Positions 23,805 through 35,142 of a DNA stretch of 64,000 bases are shown piece after piece. A program made the translations under genes and the position numbers. The notes under the pieces are model-generated. The model did no database searches. It worked only from the letters and a program-made list of their open reading frames with translations, and was not told the DNA's origin. Within the stretch, counting starts at the first letter, position 1; each line of letters begins with the position of its first letter. Source of the stretch: Malacoraja senta (taxonomy: Eukaryota); contig JAXLNO010000655.1 in assembly GCA_038087875.1 (NCBI GenBank), positions 248,001 to 312,000 on the forward strand. The letters are read 5' to 3'.

Positions 23805-24428
23805 AAATTGCAATATAGGAGTAAAGAGGTTCTTCTGCAGTTGTATAGGGCTCTGGTGAGACCACATCTGGAGTATTGTGTACAGTTTTGGTCTCCTAAT
23901 TTGAGGAAGGACATCCTCGTGATTGAGGCAGTGCAGCGTAGGTTCACGAGATTGATCCCTGGGATGGCGGGACTGTCATATGAGGAAAGATTGAAAAGAC
24001 TAGGCTTGTATTCACTGGAGTTTAGAAGGATGATGGGTTATCTTATAGAAACATATACAATTATAAAAGGACTGGACAAGCTGGATGCAGGAAAAATGTT
24101 CCCAATGTTGGGCGAGTCCACAACCAGGGGCCACAGTCTTAGAATACGGGGAGGCCATTTAAGACTGAGGTGAGAAAAAAACGTTTTCACCCAGAGAGTT
24201 GTGAATTTGTGGAATTCCTTGCCACAGAGGGCAGTGGAGGCCAAATCACTGGATGGATTTAAGAGAGAGTTAGATAAAGCTCAAGGGGCTAGTGGAATCA
24301 AGGGATATGGGGAGAAGGCAGGCACGGGTTATTGATTGGGGACGATCAGCCATGATCAAAATGAATGGTGGTGCTGGCTCAAAGGGCCGAATGGCCTCCT
24401 CCTCCACCTATTTTCCATGTCTATGTCT
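23805..24428 (+). mobile_element. CR1 3' fragment
   Basis: ORF 23808-24173 YRSKEVLLQLYRALVRPHLEYCVQFWSP.. Confidence 0.9.
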
Positions 24429-24604
24429 AATGGCATATATGTGGCTTTTAGATAGGCAAATGGATATTCAGGGAATGGATGGATATGGATCACATGCAGA
24501 CAGAGATTAGTTTATCTCAACATTATAAGGGACTATTTCTGTGTTGTACTGCTATGTGCTCTATGTTCTAAAATTTACTTATGGATATATGAATTAGGGA
24601 CAAT

Positions 24605-24962
24605 TTGGTTTTTAGTTTAGGGAAAGTTTAGTGAAGTATAGTTTAGTTTAGTTTAGAGATACAGCGTGGAAACAGGCCCTTCGGCCCTCCGAGTCCACGC
24701 CGACCAGCTATCCCCGCACATTAACACTGTCCTACACACACTAGGGACAATTTACACCAACGCCAAGCCAATTAACCTGCATACGGTACCTGCACGTCTT
24801 TGGAGTGCGGGAGGAAAACAAAGATCTCTGAGAAAGCCCACGCGGTCACGGGGAGAACGTACAAACTCCGTACAGACAGCACCTGTAGTCGGGATCGAAC
24901 CAGGGTCTCCGGCACTGCAAGGGCTGTAAGGCAGCAATTCTACCGCTGCGCTATGGTGCCGC
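24605..24962 (-). mobile_element. V-SINE (HE1-like)
   Basis: Full reverse-complement SINE with (GTTTA)n tail. Confidence 0.85.
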
Positions 24963-25384
24963 TCTTAGAGATACAGTGTGGAAATAGGCCCTTTAGCCCA
25001 CCAATCTGCATCGACCAGCAATCAGCCATACAATGGTTCTATCCCACACATTAGGGAGAACTTACAGAAGCCAATTAACCTACAAACCTGCACGTTTGGA
25101 AAGACAGTTTGCTCCTTTCGTTTTCTTCAATGAGAACTTCAGTGAGCAGCACATTATTCCTCAATGAAATCTACTCTATATATGGATTAAACATCAGTGA
25201 GGATCTCAGATACAATCTATTATATATTTTAATATATTTAGTTGTGGTTATGCACGAAATGCCAGGTGTAGCTCAGTGGGGTGGCATCTCACCTGTGAAG
25301 CAGGATCGCTTTAGGTTCTGGCATAGAATTTTACTTCACAGAAGGAGGCTATTCAGCCCATTGTGTCCATGCTATCCACATAGT

Positions 25385-25700
25385 TTGGTTTAGTTTAGTT
25401 AACAGGATGGAAACTGTCCCTTGAGCCTGCCTAGTCCACGCCAACCATCGATCACCAGTTCACACTAGTTCCATATTATCCCATTTTCTCATCCACTCCC
25501 TACACGCAAGGGGCAATTTTACAGAGGCCAATTAACCTGCACGTCTTTGGGATGTGGGTGGAAACCGGAGAACCCAGAGGAAACCCACGCGGTCATAGGG
25601 AGAACGTGCAAACTCCACACAGGCAGCAGCCAAGGTCAGGATTGAACCTGGGATTCTGGCATTGTAAGGCAAGTGGCACTGCCAGCTGCACCACCGAGCC
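25385..25700 (-). mobile_element. V-SINE, older subfamily
   Basis: GGAGAACGTGCAAACTCCACAC..GGTCAGGATTGAACC. Confidence 0.75.
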
Positions 25701-26164
25701 ACCCTAATAGCTAGTCCCCTTCTGTCCACGTTCCAGTTCTTGGCCCGGATCCAACAGATTACAGTGTAATGAGAGTGCATTCTAGATCACGCTGTGTTTA
25801 TCGCTAAGTGCATAAGTAAGGTGAGGTATACCTGCAATGAAAATCTTGCTTGCGGCCGCGTCACAGACTCATAGACTTAGATATACTGGCAAAAACATGA
25901 GTAATGCATGAGTTACACGTGAATTCTGTAAGATAGTAAAAAGGAAGAAAAGACTGTGCATTAGCTGGCAGTGCAATTGGAAAAATAAATATCCACAGTC
26001 ATGCAAAGAGATGTCCACAGTGTTCGATTGCTGAGGTAGGATTAAGGTTGTAGTGTGTAGGAAGGAACTGCAGATGCTGGTTCAAATCAAGGATAGACAA
26101 GATAGATAAAGTTGTGCAGGTCGGCTCAGGAACCTGATAGGAGTAGGGAAAGTAGCTGTTTCTG

Positions 26165-26832
26165 AACAATAGACAATAGACAATGGACAATAGACAATAG
26201 GTGCAGGATTAGGCCATTCGGCCCTTCGTGCCAGCACCACCATTCACTGTGATCATGGCTGATCATCCACAATCTGTACCCCGTTCCTGCCTTCTCCCCA
26301 TATCCCCTGACTGCTATCTTTAAAAGCTCTATCTAACTCTCTCTTGAAAGCCTCCACTGCCTTCTGAGGCAGAGAATTCCACAGATTCTCAACTCTCTGT
26401 GTGAAAAAGTTTTTCCTCATCTCTGTTCTAAATGGCTTACCCCTTATTCTTAAACTGTGGCCCCTGGCTCTGGACTCTCCCAACACCGGGAACATGTTTC
26501 TTGCCTCTAGCGTGTCCAAACCCTTAATAATCTTATATGTTTCAATAAGATTCCCTCTCATCCTTCTAAATCCAGAGTATACAAGCCCGCCGCTCCATTC
26601 TATCAACATATGACAGTCCCGCCATCCCGGGAATTAACCTCGTGAACCTACGCTGCACTCCCTCAATAGCAAGAATGCCCTTCCTCAAATTAGGAGACCA
26701 AAACTGCACACAACACTCCAGGTGTAGTCTCACCAGGGGCCTGTACAACTGTAGAAGGACCTCTTTGCTCCTATACTCAACTCGTCTTGTTATGAAGGCC
26801 AACATGCCATTTGCTTTCTTCATTGCCTGCTG
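26165..26832 (-). mobile_element. CR1 3' fragment
   Basis: ORFs 26253-26609 and 26566-26832 KKANGMLAFI..QFWSPNLRK; CAATAGA tail. Confidence 0.9.
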
Positions 26833-27088
26833 CACCTGGTGGTGTGGGACATCAGGCTTCCACACCTCCTGCCCGACGATGGTAGTGAGAAGAGGGCATG
26901 GCCCGGATGCTGGGGATCCTTGATAATAGATCCATTCTTGATGCAGCACCTCATGTAGATGCTCAAATTAACATGGTTCTTTGTGGGTTTCCTACTCACA
27001 GGGCAGTGAAAGTACTCAGAACATTTTTAATGGGTGGAAAGTTAATTGGGCAGCATAGGAGTGAAAGGTTACCGTGGATAGTCTAGAA

Positions 27089-27456
27089 CGGGGGCCGGCA
27101 ACCTACGGCCCACGGGCCGGATCCGGATCGTAAACTGTAAAAGGAAAGCCCGTTAAAAAAATATGCCTGCGGGGGGATGATTTCGGGTTACGGGCCTGAT
27201 TTGGGAACTGCAGCTCGTCCCGGGGCACGCAGGTGACCTGGGCGCTACAGCCAGTCTCGGGGCACGCAGGTGAGCCGACCTGGGACCTGCAGCCAGTCCA
27301 GGGGCACGCGAGGGTCCTGGGAACTGTAGAAAACGAATTGAAAAACACGTGAAAACGAATGCGAAAAACAACACCAAGTGTCACACTATGGCGACAGATG
27401 TGGCCCGCCATCCACTCACAGACGTGGGTCCTGGCCCCAAAGTTGCCGACCCCTTG
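27089..27456. mobile_element. hAT-Charlie-like MITE
   Basis: Ends CGGGGGCCGGCAACC and AGTTGCCGACCCCTTG (CAGGGGTCGGCAAC-type TIR); left flank GTCTAGAA fits the Charlie target; right TSD not conserved. Confidence 0.6.
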
Positions 27457-28534
27457 GATTTTGATTTGAGGTTACAATCAGATCAGTCATGGTCTTAAAA
27501 ATGGCGGAACGGGCTCCAGAAGCTGCGGAGCCTGATCCTGCTCTTAAATGTTTGCATTGTGAACGTTTCTGCCTTCACCACCCAATTACCATTGGGAACC
27601 AGACCCCCGCCACCTTACTTTTCATGTAATAAAATGTCATCATTGCCCTCTAATGCTTCTATCAGTTAATAGTCTCCCTCAGTCCCTGATATCTCAGTCA
27701 AGGGATATAGGTTAGAACATAGAACAGTTTAGCGCAGGAACAGGCCCTCCAGCCCACAATGTTCGTGCTGAATATGATGTCAGATTGAACTAATCTTAAA
27801 AGATAGGCACAAAGTGCTGGAGTAACTCAACAGGTCAGGCAGCATCACTGGAGGGAAAGGAAAGGTTACCCTTCTTCCAATCTTCCCTGCCTGCACTGCA
27901 CATGATCCATATCCCTCCATTCCATGCATATCCATGCGCCTATCTAAAAGCCTCTTAGATGCCACCATCATATCTCCTTCCACCATTACCCCTGGAAGCT
28001 CTTTCCAGGAACCCACTACCCTCTATGTAAACAACTGTGCCTTGCACATCTCCTTTAAACTTTCCTCCTCTCACCTTAAGGCTATGCCCTCTAGTATTTG
28101 ATTTTCCCATCCTAGGAAAAAAAGGGCATAGCTGTAAGGTTGACCATTCCTTTCCCACCACAAATGCTGAGCGGCCCACTAATTTCCTCCCAACAGTTTC
28201 TTTGTTATTAACATCCTTTTTAGACGCTGTTTCCTCTCTGCCTCTCCGCCCAGACACCTGTGGCTGTTGGTTCTGTTGGTCCAGCTGAGTGAAGTTCATG
28301 TTCATAAGTGAAAGCACCAGAATCAGGCCATTTGGCCCATCAAGTCTACTCCGCCATTCAATTATGTCCCATCTATCTCTCCCTGCTAGCCCCATTCTCC
28401 CGCCTTCTCCCCATAACCCCTGACATCCGTACCAATCAAGAATCTATCTGTCTCTGCCTTAAAAATATCCTTTGACTTTGGCTCCACGGCCTTCAGTGGC
28501 AATGAATTCCACAGATTCACCACCCACTGACTAA

Positions 28535-28632
28535 AGAGTGAAGAGTGGACAAGGCCTCGGTTTCATGTCCATTTTGGACGATGGCATCTCTTCAGCCGTG
28601 CAAGGCTGTTCTTTATGTTTCTGGAGTGGAAT
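28535..28632 (-). mobile_element. DeuSINE (SacSINE1-like) relic
   Basis: Minus strand CCACTCCAGA..GATGCCATCGTCC..AAACCGAGGCC resembles the Deu domain. Confidence 0.5.
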
Positions 28633-28902
28633 TAGACAATAGACAATAGACAACAGGTGCAGGAGTAGGCCATTCGGCCCTTCGAGCCAGCACCGCCATT
28701 CAATGTGATCATGGCTGATCATCCCCAATCAGTACCCCATTCCTGCCTTCTCCCCATATCCCCTGACTCCGCTATCTTTAAGAGCCCTATCTAGCTCTCT
28801 CTTGAAAGCATCCAGAGAACCTGCCTCCACCGCCCTCTGAGGCAGTGAATTCCACAGACTCACCACTGTCTGTGAGAAAAAGTGTTTCCTCGTCTCCGTT
28901 CT

Positions 28903-31502
28903 TTTTTTATTTTTTTTTATTTTTATTTATTAGAAGTACATTACATCACAGCCACATACATTAATACTCGTCATTTATATCTTCTTACAATTAATGTACT
29001 CCCTTTATTTATTTTTTTACACTAAAGAAAGAAAAGATTGAAAGAGAGAAGAAAGTGAAGGAAAAAGTGCAAGTGTAGAAAAGTGTAGAAAATGTAACAA
29101 CAAAAAAGGACGAAGACCCTATGAGAGCGAAATTAAAAACAAAAAGAAAAAGAGTTAAGAAATAGGCCCTAAGAAAAGAAAAGAGAAAGAGAAAAAAAGA
29201 AAAACAAATGTTTTTTTTTGAGCATCACGTAAATAGGACATACCAACTCTTCAACTATCATCCCCCCTTACCCGACCTCAATTTTTTATTTTTTTAAAGT
29301 ACTTTTGCACCCTATGTTTGTAATAATTCTATAAATGCAGACCACGTCAGGTGGAAGTGATCTGGTTTACCTGCTAGGAGGAGTCTTATCTCTTCAAGGT
29401 GTAGTGTTTCAAACATATTTGAAATCCACATATTTATAGTTGGTATTGGAGCCTTCTTCCAAAATTTTAGAATTAGCTTTTTTCCAGTTATTAACCCATA
29501 ATCCATTAATTTCTTTTGAAACACATTTAGTTCTGGATCATCTTCCGTTATTCCGAAGATAATCCATTCTGCTTTGGGTATCAGTCTTGTTTTAAATAAC
29601 TTTGTAAAGATTTCAAAAATTTCATTCCAAAATTTTTGAATTTTTGTACAGAAGACAAATGAGTGCGCTATAGTTGCTTCTTGGGATTGACATTTATCAC
29701 AAATAGATGATACGTTTGGGAAAATTTTATGAATTTTAGTTTTCGAATAATATAATCTATGTAAAATTTTAAATTGTATTAAAGTGTGTCTTACATTAAT
29801 CGAGCATTTATGTACTTTTAATAAGTATTCATTCCAACTTTCCTTTGAAATTTTAATAGCTAACTCTTGTTCCCAGTCTCTTCTGATACCCTCCGTAGAT
29901 GGTATTTGTACATTTAAGATAATATTGTACAAATATGATATTAAGTTTGCTGATTCCGCTTTTATCTGCATTGCCTCGTCCAGTACATCTGCTGGGTTAT
30001 TATGATGATCTTTTATATATTTTTTCAAATAGTCGCATATTTGAAAGTATTTAAAATATTGATTATTTCCGAGTTTATATTTTATTTGTAATTGTTGAAA
30101 TGAAAGTAATTTTCCAGTTTCATACAAGTCACCAAGCGTTTTAATTCCTAGTCTATCCCATTGTGTATAAGCTTTATCTATAATAGAAGGACTAAACGAA
30201 GGGTTATTGACTATAGGTAATAAAAGTGATAAGTTTCTTAATTTTAAATTTTGTTTTATTTGTTTCCAAATACGGATTGTACTATGAATAATTGGGTTCT
30301 TATTATAGTTTATGTTATTCAATTTCATTGGAGAGAGGAGGATCGCTCCAATGTTTCTAGAGGAGCAATCCTCTTTCTCCATTACAATCCAGTCTACTTG
30401 CTGGGCGGAGTTATCCATCAGTTGAATCATGTTTTTAATATTTACTGACCAATAATAATACATAAAATTGGGTAGTGCTAGACCCCCCAATACTTTAGAT
30501 TTATTCAGATGGGTTTTTTGTATTCTATGTGATTTATAGTCCCATATAAAATTAGTGATATCTGAGTCGAGTTTTTTAAAAAACTTCTTAGGTAAGTATA
30601 TAGGAATTGATTGAAATAGGTATAAAATTTGTGGTAAAAAGATCATTTTTATTGCGTTTATTCGGCCTATTAAAGACATCGGAAGCGTTATCCAGAATTT
30701 AATTAATGTATTCAGTTTATTAAGTAGGGGGTCAAAATTTGCCCTGAGCATACCTTGATATGCTCTGGTAATTTCGATTCCCAAATATTTAAATTTTTCT
30801 GTAGCTATTTTAAAAGGGAATTTTAAAAGATGTGTTGAATCTTTCGGTTTTATTGACATAATTTCACTTTTATTCCAATTTATTCTATATCCAGAAAAAG
30901 ATCCGAAGTCTTCAATTAAATTTAATATATTTGGTATAGTGATTTGAGGTTTTGTAATATACAATAATATATCATCCGCGTATAAAGATATTTTATTATA
31001 TGAGTCTTTAGTATTATATCCATGAATATCAGGGTGTATTCTAATTTTTTCTGCTAGCGGTTCAATAATGAGAGCAAACAGCTGTGGTGATAATGAGCAT
31101 CCTTGTCTATTTCCCCTTGATAGTTGAAATTTCGAGGATAATATGTTATTAGTTAGTATTCTAGCTGTAGGTTTGTTATATAGTAACTTAATCCATAAAA
31201 TAAAATTCTCTCCCAGTTGAAATTTTTGTAATACTTTATCCATATAATTCCATTCTACTTGATCAAATGCTTTTTCAGCATCCAGCGAAATAATTGATAA
31301 TTCTTGATCTTCAGATTTGTGTGAGTGCATTATGTTGAGTAGACGTCTCATATTATTAGAAGAGTATCTCTTAGGGATAAACCCTGTCTGATCTGGGTTT
31401 ATTAATTTACTAATGTATTTACTTAATCTTCTGGCTAATGTTTTCGCTAATATTTTTTGATCTGTGTTTAACAATGCTATAGCTCTATATGAGCCAGGTT
31501 CT
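28903..31502 (-). mobile_element. L1-clade LINE, 5'-truncated, young
   Basis: Poly(A) tail at 28903-28930; 13-bp TSD TCGTCTCCGTTCT at 28890-28902 and 31503-31515. Confidence 0.95.
29312..31500 (-). CDS. L1 ORF2, partial (reverse transcriptase and C-terminal CCHC knuckle; endonuclease lost by truncation)
   Basis: Open ~730 codons: YRAIALLNTD.K, DQTGF, SLDAEKAFD, RQGCSLSP, YADD, KYLG, CDKC..H...C. Confidence 0.9.
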
Positions 31503-31861
31503 TCGTCTCCGTTCTAAATGGCTTACTCCTTATTCTTAAACTGTGGCCCCTGGTCCTGGACTCCCCAAACATCGGGAACATGTTTCCTGCCTCTAGCGTG
31601 TGCAAACCCTTAACAATTTTATATGTTTCAATGAGATCCCCAAGTCAAGTGTGCCAACCCACCAAGCAATGGGTGGTTTAATGCAGGTTAGGGCAGGATT
31701 AGTGTTACAATGTGTGTTTGATGCTTGCCATGGAGTAAGGTGCCGGAGGGTCTTTCCCGGGTACTGTGTCTCTCTCCGATTCTCTGTCATTAAGTTGGAA
31801 AGAGTGCATCAAAGATTTACAAGGATATTGCCAGGACTTGAGGCCCTGAGCTATAGGGAAA

Positions 31862-32178
31862 GGTTTAGTTTAGAGATACAGCACCTAAACCGGCCCTTCG
31901 GCCAACCGAGTCTGCGCTGACCAGCTATCCCCGCATATTAACACTATCCTACACACATTTGGGGACAATTTACACATACACCAAGCCAATTAACCTACAT
32001 ACCTGTACGTCTTTGGAGTGGGGGAGGAAATCGAAAATCTCGGAGAAAACCCATGCAGGTCACGAGGAGAACGTACAAACTCCGTACAGACAGCACCTGT
32101 AGTCGGGATCGAACCCGGGTCACCGCCGCTGCAAGCGCTGTATAGCAGCAACTCTACCGCTGCGCCACCGTGCTGCCC
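31862..32178 (-). mobile_element. V-SINE inserted in a CR1 fragment
   Basis: Full SINE; flanking CR1 (..LSYRER | LGRLGFYSLERRRL) is continuous across it. Confidence 0.85.
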
Positions 32179-32389
32179 AGGTTGGGCAGGTTAGGATTTT
32201 ATTCCTTAGAGCGCAGGAGGCTGAGGGGTCATCTTTTTGTAGAGGTGTGTAAAATCATGAGGGGAATAGAGTGGGTGCATGCACACAGTCTTTTTCCCGT
32301 GGTTGGGGAATCAAGGGGACATAAGTTTATGGTGAGAGGGGAAATATTTAACAGGAGCCTGAGAAACAACATGTTCACACAGAGGCTGA

Positions 32390-32835
32390 TCGGCCTGTCT
32401 CACTTAGGCGCTTTTTAGGCGCGTGCCGGCGACTGTCATAGCCGTAGCAGGTCGCCGAAAAACCGGCGACGTTAAGCGATTTTTTAGGCGACTGCTGGTG
32501 AATACGACAATGGAATTCACCAAAGTTAGCACTGGTGACATCCTACGTCACCTGGCGACATCCTGGAGACAACCTGCGTTAACTTGGCGACAACTACGAC
32601 AGTACCAACGTCAAGCTACGCTCATTGGCATCAATCCCACAGTCGCCACTGTCGGCGAAATATTTTCAACACGTTGAAAATCCAGCGGCGTCCAGAAAGA
32701 CGCTACGACTCTTTGGGCAACTGAGGAGACTGCTCACGGCCATACAGGCGACAGCCCGGCGACCACCGGTGACCATGTGGTGACAGCCTGGTCACCGGTA
32801 GTCACCTAAAAAATCGCCTAAGTGGGACAGGCCAA
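32390..32835. mobile_element. PIF/Harbinger-like MITE (body type C)
   Basis: TIR GGCCTGTC(T/C)CACTTAGGCG..TTTTAGG; TGA TSD at 32387-32389 and 32836-32838; interrupts a CR1; internal GGCGAC repeats. Confidence 0.8.
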
Positions 32836-32886
32836 TGATGGGTACATGGACAAAGTTGTCAGAGGAAGTAGCTGAGACAGGTACAA

Positions 32887-33257
32887 CAACATATAAGATT
32901 GTTAAGGGCTTGGACATGCTAGAGGCAGGAAACATGTTCCCGATGTTGGGGGAGTCCAGAACCAGGGGCCAAAGTTTAAGAATATGGAGTAAGCCATTTA
33001 GAACGGAGATGAGGAAACACTTTCTCACAGAGAGTTGTGAGTCTGTGGAATTCTCTGCCTCAGAGGGCGATGGAGGCAGGTTCTCTGGATACTTTCAAGA
33101 GAGTCTAGATAGGGCTCTTAAAAATAGCGGAGTCAGGGGATATGGGGAGAAGGCAGGAACAGGGTACTGATTGGGGATGATCAGCCATGATCACATTGAA
33201 TGGTGGTGCTGGCTCAAAGGGCCGAATGGCCTACTCCTGCACCTATTGTCTATTGTC
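32887..33257 (+). mobile_element. CR1 3' fragment
   Basis: TYKIVKGLDMLEAGNMFPMLGESRTRG..GYGEKAGTGY*; TCTATTG tail. Confidence 0.85.
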
Positions 33258-33542
33258 ACAACCACAATTAAAATACTTTTGGAGATCTGCATAGACAGGA
33301 ACCGTTTGGAGGGATATGGGTCAGGTGCAGGCAAATGAGATTAGGTTGGATGGGACAACTTGGTCGGCGTGGGCAAGTTGGGCTGAAGGGGCTGTTTCCA
33401 AGCTGTATGACACCATGGCCTTGAAACTGTGAACACATCTGCCCATTCACAATGAAAATCAAGACAAAATGCAGATGGAATATGGAATAAAAATGGAATA
33501 TGCTGGTATTGCTCTCTGCAAATAGAAACCAGGAACATAAAA

Positions 33543-33773
33543 ATGTGTAGGAAGGATCTGCAGATGCTGGTTTACACCGAAGACAGACACAAAATGTTGG
33601 AGTAACTCAGCGGGACAGGCGGCATCTCTGGAGAACAAGAATAGGCGACGTTTAAGGTCGAGACCCTTCTTCAGCCTGAGAGGCTGAAGGAAGGGTCTAA
33701 CCCGAAATGTCACCTATTCCTTTTCTCCAGAGATGCTGCCTGACCCGTTGAGTTACTCCAGCATTTTGTGTCT
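33543..33773. mobile_element. Penelope-derived fold-back mini-element with TSD
   Basis: Inverted arms with two hammerhead-like cores; AACCAGGAACAT(A/T)AAA duplicated at 33527-33542 and 33774-33789. Confidence 0.75.
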
Positions 33774-33860
33774 AACCAGGAACATTAAATTTGACAGTGA
33801 AGATCAAGGATGAGTACTTCGGCCGTTAAAATGTAGAACATTCTGCATTCAATGTGGATT

Positions 33861-34180
33861 GGGCGGCATGGTGGCACAGCAGTGGAGTTGCTGCGGTACA
33901 GCTCCAGAGTCACAGGTTCGATCCTGACTACTGGTGCTGTCTTTATGGAGATTGAACGTTCTCCCCATGACATGTGTGGGTTTTCTCCGGGATCTCTGGT
34001 TTCCTCCTACAGTCCAAAGACGTACAGGTTTGGAGGCTAATTGGTTTGATAGAATTGTAAAATTGTCCCTAGTATGTGTAGGATAGCATTAGTGTACGGG
34101 GCGATCGCTGGTTGGTGCAGACTCGGAGAGTCAAAGAGCCTGTTTCCACGCTGTGTCTCTAAACTAATCTAAAACTAAAC
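33861..34180 (+). mobile_element. V-SINE (HE1-like)
   Basis: Head, V-domain and TAAAC tail. Confidence 0.85.
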
Positions 34181-34506
34181 AGTGCAGCTCAGGATCAGGG
34201 CCTTCGGCCTACCATGCCACTGCCAACCAGGATGCAAGTTTAAACTGCACATCTGCCTGCACATGGTCCTTCTCCCTTCATCCCCTGCCTATCCGTGTGT
34301 CTGTCTAAATTCCTCTCAATCTGCATTTATTTTCCACAAATTGTTAGAGTCATAGAGTGGTAGAATGATACAACGTGGAAACAGGCCCTTCAGCCCAACT
34401 TGCCCACATCGGCCAACATGTCCCAGCTACACTAGTCCCATCTGCCCGCGTTTGGCCCGTATCCCTCCAAACAAGTCCTATCCATGTACATGTCTCACTG
34501 TTTCTT

Positions 34507-35142
34507 TTTTTTAATTTTTTTTAATTTTTATTTATTAGAAGTACATTACATTACAACCACATACATTAGTACTCGTTATTTATATCTTCTTACAATTAAT
34601 GTACTCCATTTATTTTTTACACTAGAAAAGGAAAAGATTGAAAGAAAGAAGAAAGTGAAGGAAAAAGTGAAAGTGTAGGAAATGTGACAACAAAAAAGGA
34701 CGAAGACCCTATAAGAGCAAAATTAAAAACAAAAGAGTTAAGAAATAGACCCTAGGAAAGAAAGAGAAAGAGAAAGAGGAAAAAGAGAGAAACAAATATT
34801 TTTATGAGCATTACGTAAATGGGACATACCAACTCTTCAACTATCATCCCCACTTACCTGACCTCAATTTTTTTTTTTAAAGTACTTTTGCACCCTATGT
34901 TTGTAATAATTCTATAAATGCAGACCACGTCAGGTGGAAGTGATCTGGTTTACCTGCTAGGAGGAGTCTTATCTCTTCTAGGTGTAATGTTTCAAACATA
35001 TTTGAAATCCACATATTTATAGTTGGTATTGGAGCCTTCTTCCAAAATTTTAGAATTAGCTTTTTTCCAGTTATTAACCCATAGTCCATTAGTTTCTTTT
35101 GAAACACATTTAGTTCTGGACCATCTTCCGTTATACCGAAGA
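34507..35142 (-). mobile_element. L1 3' fragment, same family as 28903-31502
   Basis: Near-identical ORF end (..FWKKAPIPTINMW..IELLQT*) and UTR; 15-bp TSD GTCTCACTGTTTCTT at 34492-34506 and 35143-35157; inserted in a CR1. Confidence 0.92.

Larger units (their letters stand above)
28632..31640 (-). mobile_element. CR1 3' fragment (28632-28902 plus 31503-31640) hosting an L1 insertion
   Basis: CR1 sequence is continuous across the L1 TSD. Confidence 0.85.
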
